DNA of 37,305 nt, taken from assembly GCA_964424685.1 (NCBI GenBank), contig CAYRJH010000002.1, positions 32,263 through 69,567 of the forward strand. The letters are read 5' to 3'. Under the pieces are notes generated by a model, which made no database searches, had not been told where the DNA came from, and saw only the letters and a program-made list of their open reading frames with translations. Shown in pieces: positions 28,747 to 37,305 of the stretch. Numbering within the stretch: position 1 is the first letter of the stretch; the number at the start of each line of letters is the position of its first letter. The DNA is from an uncultured Actinomycetota bacterium. Lineage in GTDB: Bacteria; Actinomycetota; Humimicrobiia; Humimicrobiales; Humimicrobiaceae. The translations under genes were made by a program, and so were the position numbers.

Positions 28747-30378
28747 ATGAAGAAAATACTCGGCGCTTCTATAGGGAGCTGCATACATATTGCAGGTATC
28801 TTGAATTTTTTAAACCTGGCCGGCAAATATGGCTATAGAACTAGATTTGTGGGCTCTGCCTGCACTGTAGATAAATTAAAAGAAAATATAGACAGCTTTA
28901 AACCTGATATAGTGGCGGTGAGTTACAGGCTATCACCGGAAAGCGTTCTTCCCGTGTTTAAGGAACTAAAAGAGAAAATAGCCAAAAAATTAAAAAATGA
29001 AAAAATAGAGCTTATACTTGGGAGCACAAAACCGGTAGCTGAAATAGGTAAAAAACTGGATTTATTTGATGTTATTTTTACCGGTGAAGAAAGTATTGAA
29101 GAAATTGAAAGTTATTTAAGTAAAAAGAAAATAAAAATCAAAGACAGTATTCCTCCCCAGGATATTCTGGAAAGAGTCAGATATAAAAAACCTTTTCCTG
29201 TAATAAGGCATCATTTTGGAAGGCCGACTTTAAGCGAAACAATAAAAGGGGTAAAAGAGATTTCATCAAGCGGACTTCTTGATGTGATATCTATTGGACC
29301 TGACCAGAATACCCAGGAATTCTTTTTTTACCCTGAAAAAATGAACGAGAATCAGGACGGAGCGGGAGGGGTCCCATTAAGAAGTATTGATGATTTTAAG
29401 AGCCTTTATGAAGCATCAAGAACCGGTAATTATCCGATGCTGCGGTGCTACAGTGGAACAAATGATATTATAATGATGGCAGAAGTTCTTCTGGATAATA
29501 TCAAAAATGCGTGGTGTGCCGTGCCGCTCTGCTGGTACAATGAACTGGATAATAGAAGCGGAAGAAAATTGGAAGAATCGATAGCTGAAAATCAATCAGT
29601 AATGAAATGGCATGCTGAAAGAAATATACCGGTGGAAGTTAACGAATCACATCACTGGAGCCTGCGGTATTCTCCAGATTCTATTGCAGTAGCTGCCGCA
29701 TATATTGCTGCTTATAATGCTAAAATGATGGGAGTTAAAACGTATATATCACAATATATGTTTAATACTCCTCCGGAAACTTCTTTTACAATGGATCTGG
29801 CGAAGATGCTTGCGAAAATAGAATTAATAGAATCTCTACATGATGGCAATTTTATGACACTCAGACAGACAAGGTCGGGATTATACAGTTACCCGCCTGA
29901 TTTTGATGAGAGTAAGGGCCAGCTTGCTTCTTCTACGCTGCTCCAGATGCAGCTGAACCCGGATATCTTGCATGTTGTTGCATATTGTGAGGCAGATCAT
30001 GCCGCAAAACCCGGGGATATTATAGAGAGTGTTAAAATAGTAAATAAAGTAATGGATAATTATGTTTATGGTTGTCCTGATATGAAATTGGATGAAAAAG
30101 TAAGATTAAGAAAAGAGGAGCTGATTTTAGATGCGACCATGATTATAGAAAAGTTAAAAATGCTCGACAGGGAAAAGGAATTTGAGGATCCTCTTATATC
30201 TCCATCAATAATATCAAAGGCAATAAAGAAAGGCATACTTGATGCGCCGCACTTATGCGGTGTAAAGGCTGCAAGCGGGACTATAAGAACAATGTTTATT
30301 GACGGTAAAATCATGGCTGTTAATGAAAATGGCAGACCTATTACGGAAAAAGAAAGGCTTGATAAAATTTCAATATAA
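28747..30378 (+). CDS. Uncharacterised fusion protein: an N-terminal B12-binding-like domain (CxHxxG variant) followed by a glutamate-mutase-E-like barrel
   Basis: The 543-aa ORF starts 10 nt after the preceding gene. The N-terminal ~130 aa resemble GlmS/MutS (ILGASIGSCIHIAGILNFL...VGS...DIVAVSYRL). The rest resembles GlmE/MutE by eye (LRCYSGTNDIIMMAEVL, ERNIPVEVNESHHW, VAYCEADHAAKP, KKGILDAPHLCG). The homology is recalled from memory and was not searched. Confidence 0.5.
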   Translation: MKKILGASIGSCIHIAGILNFLNLAGKYGYRTRFVGSACTVDKLKENIDSFKPDIVAVSYRLSPESVLPVFKELKEKIAKKLKNEKIELILGSTKPVAEIGKKLDLFDVIFTGEESIEEIESYLSKKKIKIKDSIPPQDILERVRYKKPFPVIRHHFGRPTLSETIKGVKEISSSGLLDVISIGPDQNTQEFFFYPEKMNENQDGAGGVPLRSIDDFKSLYEASRTGNYPMLRCYSGTNDIIMMAEVLLDNIKNAWCAVPLCWYNELDNRSGRKLEESIAENQSVMKWHAERNIPVEVNESHHWSLRYSPDSIAVAAAYIAAYNAKMMGVKTYISQYMFNTPPETSFTMDLAKMLAKIELIESLHDGNFMTLRQTRSGLYSYPPDFDESKGQLASSTLLQMQLNPDILHVVAYCEADHAAKPGDIIESVKIVNKVMDNYVYGCPDMKLDEKVRLRKEELILDATMIIEKLKMLDREKEFEDPLISPSIISKAIKKGILDAPHLCGVKAASGTIRTMFIDGKIMAVNENGRPITEKERLDKISI

Positions 30379-30398
30379 AATATAAACTATCCGCCAGC

Positions 30399-30430
30399 AA
30401 TTAATGTAAAATAAAAACATTAATTATTTT
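30399..30430 (+). terminator. Hairpin plus T-run after the mutase-like gene
   Basis: AATTAATGT (30399-30407) pairs with ACATTAATT (30417-30425) around a 9-nt loop, followed by ATTTT. The stem is AT-rich, so its stability is moderate. Confidence 0.5.
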
Positions 30431-30471
30431 GAAATTATAAAATTTAATACTTTTTTAAAACTGATGCAGTA

Positions 30472-30480
30472 TGATAAAAT
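30472..30480 (+). promoter_or_regulatory. Extended -10-like element (TGATAAAAT) upstream of hisZ
   Basis: This is a motif match only. It lies about 35 nt upstream of the hisZ start and downstream of the hairpin at 30399-30430. Confidence 0.25.
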
Positions 30481-30513
30481 ACTTTTCTTATATTTAATAA
30501 ATTAAAAAAGAAT

Positions 30514-31803
30514 ATGTTTGAGAATAAAAAAGATAGTCAGACTGATAAGCTGCCTTTTGGATTAAGGGATATACTTCCTCTTGAGACAGGAGAGAGAAAC
30601 AGCATAAAAGAAATAATAAGAAAAGAGTTTAAGTTATGGGGTTATCGCGAGGTCAATACGCCCGTAATGGAATATACGAAAAATATTTCAATAGGGGTTG
30701 GTAAAAATTGGAAGGACAAACTGATTAATTTTTTTGATGTTGATGGAAGCCCTGTGTCTCTCAGAAGTGATATGACCATACCAATAGCAAGGCTTACCGG
30801 GATGAGAATAAAGAAAAGACAACTGCCTGTAAGGTTTTGCTATTTTGCCGATTCCTACAGGCAATCAGGCGCCCAGAAAGGTGCGAGGAGGGTCTATAAT
30901 CAGTCAGGCCTGGAGCTTATCGGCTCTTCAAAAGACATACTGGCAGATATTGAAATCCTGGTTGTATTAGTAAGCGTTTTAAACAAATTAAAATTAAATG
31001 ATTATAAGATAGGACTGGGGAATGTAGAATTTATTGAAGGATTATGTGACTGGCTTAGACTGGATACAAATGACAGGGAATATGTCAAAAAAAAGATTAT
31101 AGCGAAAGATCTTGTGACGCTGGAAAACTTTTTAAGCAAAAAAAATGAACAAAAAGCAGAAATTTTTATGAAATTAATACAACCGGAAAGCAGTATCGAG
31201 AAAGTAGCCGGGCTGATTTCGGGGATAGAAGAACAAAAGGTTATAAAAAGTTATAATTACCTTAAAGATATATATGATATTTTAGGAAAATTTAATTATA
31301 GAGAATACCTTGTAACTGATTTCAGTATTATTAGAGATTTTGATTATTATACCGGTCTTTTATTTGAAGTATATTGTTCGAGTGTATCAGGCATAATAGG
31401 AAGCGGCGGTAGATATGATGGGCTGATAAAGAAATTCGGAATGGATATCCCGGCTACCGGATTTGCACTTGATATTGATTTAACTCATAAAGCTGTCGGA
31501 AAAATAGACGGGAAGGAAAATTTAAAGATCTTATTAAAAAGTGAAGTTACTAAGAGTATTGCCGGGATTGCCAGATTGATAGAAATAGCGCAGAAGTTAC
31601 GGAAAAGTGATATTATGGTTGAGTTATGTTTTGAAGATAAAATCAATATAGAAAATTTTGCAGGAGAAAAAAAATGTGACTTGCTTGTTGAAGTCAAACC
31701 GGACTTTAAGGATGCAGTGGTAAAGGATCTTAGTAAAAATACAAAAAAGGTAAAAAGTATTAACGACTTTATAAAAGAGATAAATAATGGAAAAAGAAAT
31801 TAA
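30514..31803 (+). CDS. hisZ: ATP phosphoribosyltransferase regulatory subunit (HisRS paralogue)
   Basis: The 429-aa ORF has a class-II aaRS-like core (LPFGLRDILP, LRSDMTIPIARL, GGRYDGLIKKFG, PATGFALDID). It overlaps a short-form hisG by 17 nt. The C-terminal ~100 aa look like an anticodon-binding-like domain. Confidence 0.85.
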   Translation: MFENKKDSQTDKLPFGLRDILPLETGERNSIKEIIRKEFKLWGYREVNTPVMEYTKNISIGVGKNWKDKLINFFDVDGSPVSLRSDMTIPIARLTGMRIKKRQLPVRFCYFADSYRQSGAQKGARRVYNQSGLELIGSSKDILADIEILVVLVSVLNKLKLNDYKIGLGNVEFIEGLCDWLRLDTNDREYVKKKIIAKDLVTLENFLSKKNEQKAEIFMKLIQPESSIEKVAGLISGIEEQKVIKSYNYLKDIYDILGKFNYREYLVTDFSIIRDFDYYTGLLFEVYCSSVSGIIGSGGRYDGLIKKFGMDIPATGFALDIDLTHKAVGKIDGKENLKILLKSEVTKSIAGIARLIEIAQKLRKSDIMVELCFEDKINIENFAGEKKCDLLVEVKPDFKDAVVKDLSKNTKKVKSINDFIKEINNGKRN

Positions 31804-32434
31804 AATTGCAGTACCTAAAGGATATTTATTTGAACCCTGTATAGATGTATTAAAAAAAGCAGGCTATAATGTGAAATCTCTGATAGAAAAGAACAGGAAG
31901 CTTTGCGTATGCTCCGGAGAGGATTCAATACAATACGTAATATCACGACCCATGGATGTTCCGGTATATGTTGAACATGGCGCCTGCGATATAGGTTTTT
32001 CGGGCAAAGATGCATTAATGGAAAAAGAAAGTAATGTTTATGAGCTGCTGGACTTAAAAATTGGAGAGTGCAGGTTAGTTATTGCGACATTAAAAGATTG
32101 TGTGGAAAAAGTAAAAGAACATTATATGCATTTCGGCCTGGTAAAAGTTGCTACCAGCTATCCTAATATCGCAAAAAAGTATTTTGACCGTAAAGGAATA
32201 CAGGCAGAAATCATAAAATTGCACGGCTCTGTAGAGCTTGCGCCGTTGCTGGGAATTGCCGATGAGATACTGGATATAACTTCGACAGGCAAAACACTTG
32301 AAGAAAATAATCTTGTTGAAATGGAAGAAATTGCCGTTTCAACTACACGTTTAATCGCTAATATTACCAGTTACAGGGTTAAATATGATCTAATAAGTAA
32401 TTTTATAAATAAAATTAAAAATGTAATAAATTAA
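31787..32434 (+). CDS. hisG: ATP phosphoribosyltransferase, short (HisZ-dependent) form
   Basis: The 215-aa ORF has IAVPKGYL, DVPVYVEHGACDIGFSGKD and DITSTGKTLEEN. It lacks the C-terminal regulatory domain. Confidence 0.92.
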   Translation: MEKEIKIAVPKGYLFEPCIDVLKKAGYNVKSLIEKNRKLCVCSGEDSIQYVISRPMDVPVYVEHGACDIGFSGKDALMEKESNVYELLDLKIGECRLVIATLKDCVEKVKEHYMHFGLVKVATSYPNIAKKYFDRKGIQAEIIKLHGSVELAPLLGIADEILDITSTGKTLEENNLVEMEEIAVSTTRLIANITSYRVKYDLISNFINKIKNVIN

Positions 32435-33033
32435 TGGATAAAGATAAAATGAAAAGGAAAACAAAAATAATAAGAAAAACTAAAGAGACCGACATTAAAC
32501 TTGAATTTGATCTTGACGGTAACGGAAAAGCAAATATAAAAACACCTGTTCCTTTTTTGAATCATGTACTGGAAAGTTTTACAAGGCACGGTAACTTTGA
32601 CATGAATATCAAAGCTTCGGGTGACTTGAAAGTGGATAGCCACCATCTGGTGGAGGATGTGGGCATTTGCCTGGGTAAGGCTGTTTTTGAGTGCCTGAAA
32701 GATAAAAAAGGCATAAAAAGATTTGGGTATATTTTATTGCCCATGGATGATACTGAGGTATCGGTTTCTATTGATATAGGCGGAAGAGCCTATCTTAGAT
32801 ATAATGTTGAAATTGAATATGAGAAGATTAACGGAATGGAAACTGCGGTAATTGAAGATTTTTTCAGAGCCCTGGTCAGTAACAGTTTTATAAATCTTCA
32901 TATAAATAAAAATACCGGATTAAATTCCCACCATATTATAGAGGCAATTTTTAAAGCATTTGGTATAGCGCTCTATGATGCCAGCAGGAGAAGAGAAACA
33001 GATTCATTACCTTCAACTAAAGGTTTAATATAA
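32434..33033 (+). CDS. hisB: Imidazoleglycerol-phosphate dehydratase (monofunctional)
   Basis: The 199-aa ORF has RKTKETDI, DSHHLVEDVGI and NSHHIIEAIFKAFG. Its start overlaps the hisG stop (TAATG). Confidence 0.93.
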   Translation: MDKDKMKRKTKIIRKTKETDIKLEFDLDGNGKANIKTPVPFLNHVLESFTRHGNFDMNIKASGDLKVDSHHLVEDVGICLGKAVFECLKDKKGIKRFGYILLPMDDTEVSVSIDIGGRAYLRYNVEIEYEKINGMETAVIEDFFRALVSNSFINLHINKNTGLNSHHIIEAIFKAFGIALYDASRRRETDSLPSTKGLI

Positions 33034-33115
33034 ATCTTAAGCATTAATTTTTATTAAATAGTGCTGATTGGAAATCAATAAATCAGATATTAAAATAAGC
33101 TTAAAGGTACAGGCT

Positions 33116-33742
33116 ATGTATATTGCGATTATAGATTATGGAATAGGTAATATAAAAAGTGTGGAAAATGCTTTTAAAAAAATAAGTGCCGATGTGAGGG
33201 TCACAGATAATATCAGGATTATAAATAATGCCCATGCACTGGTACTGCCCGGCGTAGGTGCAATCAGAGATGCCCGGAGGAATCTTGAGGAAATAAAAAT
33301 AATTGATTCCGTTAAAGAAAATATAAAAAAGAAGTTATTTTTAGGGATATGTCTGGGAATGCAGTTACTTTTTGAATATAGCTATGAAGACGGAAAAAAT
33401 ATGGGTCTGGGTCTTTTAAAAGGCTATGTGGATAAAATACCCCCCTTACCCGTGAAAGTGCCGCACATTGGATGGAATCAATTAAAAATATTAAAAAAGG
33501 ACAGTAAATTGTTTTCCGGCATAAAAGAGGGTGAGTATTTTTATTTTGATCATTCATACCATGTAGTACCTGATGATAAAGGAATTATAAGCTGTACCAC
33601 TGATTACGGTATTCAATTAACTGCAGGAATAGAATATGATAATATTTATGGGGTGCAGTTTCATCCTGAAAAAAGCAGTAATTATGGATTAAAACTTCTG
33701 GAGAATTTCCGGGATATGGTTAGAGAAGAAGGCCAAAGGTAA
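33116..33742 (+). CDS. hisH: Imidazole glycerol phosphate synthase, glutaminase subunit
   Basis: The motifs are MYIAIIDYGIGN, the catalytic GICLGMQLL and FHPEKS. I chose the ATG at 33116 rather than the track's TTG at 33068 because it gives the canonical HisH N-terminus. Confidence 0.92.
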   Translation: MYIAIIDYGIGNIKSVENAFKKISADVRVTDNIRIINNAHALVLPGVGAIRDARRNLEEIKIIDSVKENIKKKLFLGICLGMQLLFEYSYEDGKNMGLGLLKGYVDKIPPLPVKVPHIGWNQLKILKKDSKLFSGIKEGEYFYFDHSYHVVPDDKGIISCTTDYGIQLTAGIEYDNIYGVQFHPEKSSNYGLKLLENFRDMVREEGQR

Positions 33743-33807
33743 AAATATGGGGTATCTGATTGAGTTAAAAAAAATAACAGCTTAAAAATTTTAAAGGATA
33801 GAATCTA

Positions 33808-34551
33808 ATGATAGTAATTCCGGCAATAGATATAATCAACGGTGCCTGTGTAAGACTGACAAAAGGTAAATTTAATACCCGGAAAAAATACTTCGACAAT
33901 CCGGTCGAAGTAGCCGCTAAATGGAAAAAAGAAGGAGCAGAGTGGCTGCACATAATTGATCTTGACGGCGCAAGGACCGGAAAGCCGGAAAATCTGGGAA
34001 TTGTGTCCGAAATAAAAAAGATAATAGATGTAAAAGTACAATATGGCGGAGGCATAAGAAGCGCCGGCGCAATCAATAAAGTTTTGAAAGAAGGCGCGGA
34101 TAGAGTTATATTGGGAACAAGAGCAGTGGAGAATATGGATTTCTTAAAGAGCAGCATCGTAAATTATAAAGAAATGGTTGTCTTGAGTCTTGATTATGGG
34201 AAAAATGGGATTATTTTTAAAAATGGCTGGCAAAAGGAAACGCAGCTAACGATATTTAAAATGTTAAAGAGACTCGAAAGCCTCGGAGCCGGAGAGGTGA
34301 TTATTACGGATATATCAAGGGACGGCACACTTGAAGGTGTTGATTTTGATTTTCTTAAAAAGATTTTAAAAAATTCTAAATTAAAATTCATAATTGCAGG
34401 AGGAATAGCGGGCCTCGATGATATTATTAATCTTAAAAAAATTGAAAATTTAGGAATTAAAGGCATAATAATCGGTAAAGCTTTATATGAAGGTAAAAAT
34501 AAAATTAATTTAAAGGAAGCAATAAGGGTTGGTATAAAAGATGATAACTAA
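33808..34551 (+). CDS. hisA: ProFAR isomerase
   Basis: The 247-aa ORF has [28 protein letters not shown] and IAGGIAG. It overlaps hisF by 11 nt. Confidence 0.92.
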   Translation: MIVIPAIDIINGACVRLTKGKFNTRKKYFDNPVEVAAKWKKEGAEWLHIIDLDGARTGKPENLGIVSEIKKIIDVKVQYGGGIRSAGAINKVLKEGADRVILGTRAVENMDFLKSSIVNYKEMVVLSLDYGKNGIIFKNGWQKETQLTIFKMLKRLESLGAGEVIITDISRDGTLEGVDFDFLKKILKNSKLKFIIAGGIAGLDDIINLKKIENLGIKGIIIGKALYEGKNKINLKEAIRVGIKDDN

Positions 34552-35299
34552 AAGAATTATTCCCTGTCTGGATGTAGATAGGGGGAGAGTGGTAAAAGGT
34601 GTGCATTTCATAGATATAAAGGATGCAGGGGATCCGGTTGAACTGGCTGCTTTTTATGACAGGGAAGGAGCTGATGAAATAGTGTTCCTGGATATAACGG
34701 CATCACATGAAAAAAGAAAAACAGTAATAGAGCTGGCAAGCAAAACTGCTGAAAAAGTTTTTATACCATATACTATAGGTGGCGGTATAAGTAGCGTGGA
34801 GCATATCCGGGAAATATTGAAACGAGGTGCAGATAAAATTTCCATCAATACATCCGCTTTTAAGAACCCGTCTCTTGTGAGTGAAGCTTCAAAGGTATTT
34901 GGAAGCCAGTGTATAGTGATCGCAATTGATGCAAAGTATAAAAGTAAGGGCTTCTGGGAAGTATATTTAAATGGAGGAAGAACCCCCACGGGCATGAATG
35001 CGGTGGACTGGGCTAAAAAAGTTGAGAAGCTGGGAGCAGGTGAAATATTGCTTACAAGTATGGATAAGGACGGGACAAAAGAAGGTTATGATATAGAACT
35101 TACCGGGGCTGTGACTTCTGTGGTAAACATACCGGTTATAGCATCCGGCGGGGCAGGGAAACTGGAACATTTAAGGGATGTTATTAAATATGCTGATGCC
35201 GACGCAGTTCTGGTAGCATCCATATTTCATTACGGCCAGTACACTATTAAAGAGGCAAAACAATATCTGGAATCCGAAGGAATAAATGTAAGGATATAA
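34541..35299 (+). CDS. hisF: Imidazole glycerol phosphate synthase, cyclase subunit
   Basis: The 252-aa ORF has [30 protein letters not shown] and ASGGAG. Confidence 0.95.
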   Translation: MITKRIIPCLDVDRGRVVKGVHFIDIKDAGDPVELAAFYDREGADEIVFLDITASHEKRKTVIELASKTAEKVFIPYTIGGGISSVEHIREILKRGADKISINTSAFKNPSLVSEASKVFGSQCIVIAIDAKYKSKGFWEVYLNGGRTPTGMNAVDWAKKVEKLGAGEILLTSMDKDGTKEGYDIELTGAVTSVVNIPVIASGGAGKLEHLRDVIKYADADAVLVASIFHYGQYTIKEAKQYLESEGINVRI

Positions 35300-35504
35300 A
35301 ATTTATTTATTAATATAATGATCTACATCAGTAATCCTGGCATTTATATGTTTAAAAAATAGAAGTTTTAAATGTCAGTGTGGTATTATTGAAAAAATAA
35401 ATGATATTCCGGTAATGATATGAAAAGGTTTTTTAAAATATTATAGTCCGGGTGTCTTTAATAATTTAATATACTGAAAGCAAAAAATATCAGGAAGTTA
35501 AAAA

Positions 35505-36155
35505 ATGATTAATAAGGCAAAAAAAGAAAAAAACAAAAAAATCGGTTTGATCCCTGCTGTTATCCAGGATCATAAATCGGGTGATGTTCTTATGCTGGCG
35601 TATATGAGTAAAGAATCCCTGGAAAAAAGTCTGGAGACGGGTACAACCTGGTTCTGGAGCAGAGCCAGGAAAAAGTTATGGAACAAGGGAGAGACATCAG
35701 GGAATATACAGAAAATAAAAAACATTAAGTATGATTGTTATGGGAATGCTTTGCTGATTGGCGTGGAGCAGGTGGGGAATGCCTGCCATACCGGAAGAAG
35801 AAGCTGCTTTTACAGATCTCTTGGAGAAATTGATAAGGACCTGGATTTTGGAAGATATTTTAAAGAAGAAGGAAAGAAAAATATACTTGAGGAATTGTAT
35901 GGAGTAATTGAAAGCAGGATAAAAAACAAAGTCTCTGATTCTTATACCTACTCCCTTCATAAAAAGGGCCTGGACGAGATAATAAAAAAATTTGGCGAAG
36001 AAAGCATGGAAGTTGTTCTTTCTGCAAAACACCAGAAAAAACGGGATATGATAAATGAGATAGCCGATATGATCTATCATCTTATAGTCCTTATGGTTGA
36101 GAAAAAAGTTACTCTGGAACAGGTATATGAAGAATTAGAAAATAGAAGAAAGTAA
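35505..36155 (+). CDS. hisI: Bifunctional phosphoribosyl-AMP cyclohydrolase / phosphoribosyl-ATP pyrophosphatase
   Basis: The 216-aa ORF has [27 protein letters not shown] and [10 protein letters not shown] (HisI part). The HisE part has [11 protein letters not shown] and [13 protein letters not shown]. The usual D-C-D-x-D motif reads D-C-Y-G-N (see findings). Confidence 0.88.
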   Translation: MINKAKKEKNKKIGLIPAVIQDHKSGDVLMLAYMSKESLEKSLETGTTWFWSRARKKLWNKGETSGNIQKIKNIKYDCYGNALLIGVEQVGNACHTGRRSCFYRSLGEIDKDLDFGRYFKEEGKKNILEELYGVIESRIKNKVSDSYTYSLHKKGLDEIIKKFGEESMEVVLSAKHQKKRDMINEIADMIYHLIVLMVEKKVTLEQVYEELENRRK

Positions 36156-36174
36156 AGAAACTAGGAGAATAATT

Positions 36175-37143
36175 ATGAAAAAAGAAAAAAGAAGAATCGC
36201 AGTACTCACAAGCGGTGGAGATGCAAGCGGCATGAATGCGGTTATTAGAGCGGTTACAAGATACGGAATATATTGCAATCTGGAAGTATATGGATTTTAT
36301 GAAGGATATAAAGGGCTCATAGGCAATGATTGCAAGGTGCTGGATTTAAATTCAGTAGGTGGAATTATTGATAGGGGCGGAACCTTTCTTTACTCTGCAA
36401 GGTCGGAAGAATTTAAGTGCAGGAGCGGACAAAAAAAGGCGATAGACAATTTAAGAAAGAATAAAATAGAAGGCCTGGTCGTAATCGGAGGAGACGGCTC
36501 ATTCAGAGGCGCCCATGAGCTTCATAAACAGGGGATACAGGTTGTTGGAATACCTGGAACGATAGATAATGATATTTCAGGCACTGACTACAGCATCGGA
36601 TTTGATACAGCTCTCAATGTGATAATAGATCTTATATCAAAGATAAGAGATACAGCATCTTCACATGAAAGAATATTCGTAATAGAGGTAATGGGGAGAG
36701 ATTCTGGATTGATAGCGGTAAATACGGGAGTTGCCTGCGGAGCGGATTATATATTAATTCCCGAAATAAAAGTCGATCTTGCTAAAATTGCCAGACGGAT
36801 ACAGAGACACAGAGCAGGCAAGAGACATACTTTAATAATAGTGGCAGAAGGCGCGGCAAGCGCAGCCGATGTTGCTTCTTCAATTAAATTACTGGCAGGC
36901 CATGAAGTAAGGGTGTCAGTACTCGGTCATATTCAAAGAGGAGGTTCTCCTTCGGCTATGGACAGGGTGCTGGCTGCCGAATTTAGTAAAAAAGCCATAG
37001 ATTTGCTGCTTGAAGGTGAAAGTGACTGCATGGTGGGAATAAAAAGCATGAAAATAGTGACCAATAAATTTGAGGATATTTTAGAAATAAAAAAAGGCAT
37101 TGATAAAGATTTATATAAGTTAGCACATATACTCTCCCTCTAA
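36175..37143 (+). CDS. pfkA: ATP-dependent 6-phosphofructokinase
   Basis: The 322-aa ORF has TSGGDASGMNA, IGGDGSFRGA, GIPGTIDNDISGTDYSIGFDTA and LGHIQRGG. An AGGAG RBS is present. Confidence 0.93.
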   Translation: MKKEKRRIAVLTSGGDASGMNAVIRAVTRYGIYCNLEVYGFYEGYKGLIGNDCKVLDLNSVGGIIDRGGTFLYSARSEEFKCRSGQKKAIDNLRKNKIEGLVVIGGDGSFRGAHELHKQGIQVVGIPGTIDNDISGTDYSIGFDTALNVIIDLISKIRDTASSHERIFVIEVMGRDSGLIAVNTGVACGADYILIPEIKVDLAKIARRIQRHRAGKRHTLIIVAEGAASAADVASSIKLLAGHEVRVSVLGHIQRGGSPSAMDRVLAAEFSKKAIDLLLEGESDCMVGIKSMKIVTNKFEDILEIKKGIDKDLYKLAHILSL

Positions 37144-37251
37144 AGCTATTTTTTTATAATTATTTGCATGCTTGATTATATTATTTCTTATAATTATTAA
37201 ATGGAATAATATTTTTTATTTGGGTTGTACCGGAAAGTGACGGGTATTTAA

Positions 37252-37305
37252 TGGTGCCGAAGGTCGGGGTCGAACCGACACGAACCTCGCGGTTCACTGG
37301 ATTTT
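37252..37305 (-). tRNA. 3' portion of a class-II (long variable arm) tRNA, most likely tRNA-Leu. The 5' part lies beyond the right window edge.
   Basis: The reverse complement reads AAAATCCAGTGAACCGCGAGGTTCGTGTCGGTTCGACCCCGACCTTCGGCACCA. The T-arm is GTCGG-TTCGACC-CCGAC. The variable arm is a 5-bp stem, GAACC-GCGA-GGTTC. The acceptor 3' strand is CTTCGGC, with discriminator A and an encoded CCA. A long variable arm with A73 fits Leu, and the AAAA run preceding the anticodon-stem 3' strand is compatible with an NAA anticodon. The anticodon itself is not fully in the window. Confidence 0.7.

Noticed and set aside
1-37305. Scan for CRISPR arrays, IS elements or transposases, integrases, phage genes, toxin-antitoxin pairs and defence systems
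   Set aside because: No spaced direct-repeat array or terminal inverted repeats were seen. Every large ORF has a housekeeping assignment except the ORF at 28747-30378, which is reported as a finding.

Overview
This is a visibly AT-rich bacterial chromosomal segment. It holds 31 tightly packed protein genes, all but the first on the + strand, and almost all encode core anabolism.

Gene order:
- An IscU-like::MnmA fusion on the minus strand, truncated by the left edge.
- bshC-bshB-bshA, the complete bacillithiol pathway.
- A 0.5-kb leader region with a 49-codon Leu/Ile/Val-rich ORF.
- ilvD-ilvB-ilvN, a class-V aminotransferase, serA, leuA-leuC-leuD-cimA, yjbQ and a class-I aminotransferase.
- hppA (membrane pyrophosphatase) with a strong terminator.
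- larB.
- A lone GspE/PilB-type ATPase.
- dnaE, an opine-dehydrogenase-family gene and a fused B12-domain/GlmE-like protein, followed by a terminator.
- hisZ-hisG-hisB-hisH-hisA-hisF, a 205-bp gap, then hisIE.
- pfkA.
- The 3' part of a class-II tRNA (probably Leu) on the minus strand at the right edge.

I see no CRISPR array, transposase, integrase, phage gene, toxin-antitoxin pair or recognisable defence gene. This reads as a housekeeping region, not an accessory island.

The items most worth a second look:
1. The two-gene module after dnaE. It pairs an opine-dehydrogenase homologue with a single-chain glutamate-mutase-like protein whose cobalamin motif reads CxHxxG instead of DxHxxG.
2. The IscU-like domain fused to MnmA.
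3. A possible branched-chain-amino-acid leader peptide and attenuator upstream of ilvD.
4. A HisI domain with two of the three Asp residues of the D-C-D-x-D motif replaced.

All homology calls were made by eye from motifs. None come from searches.
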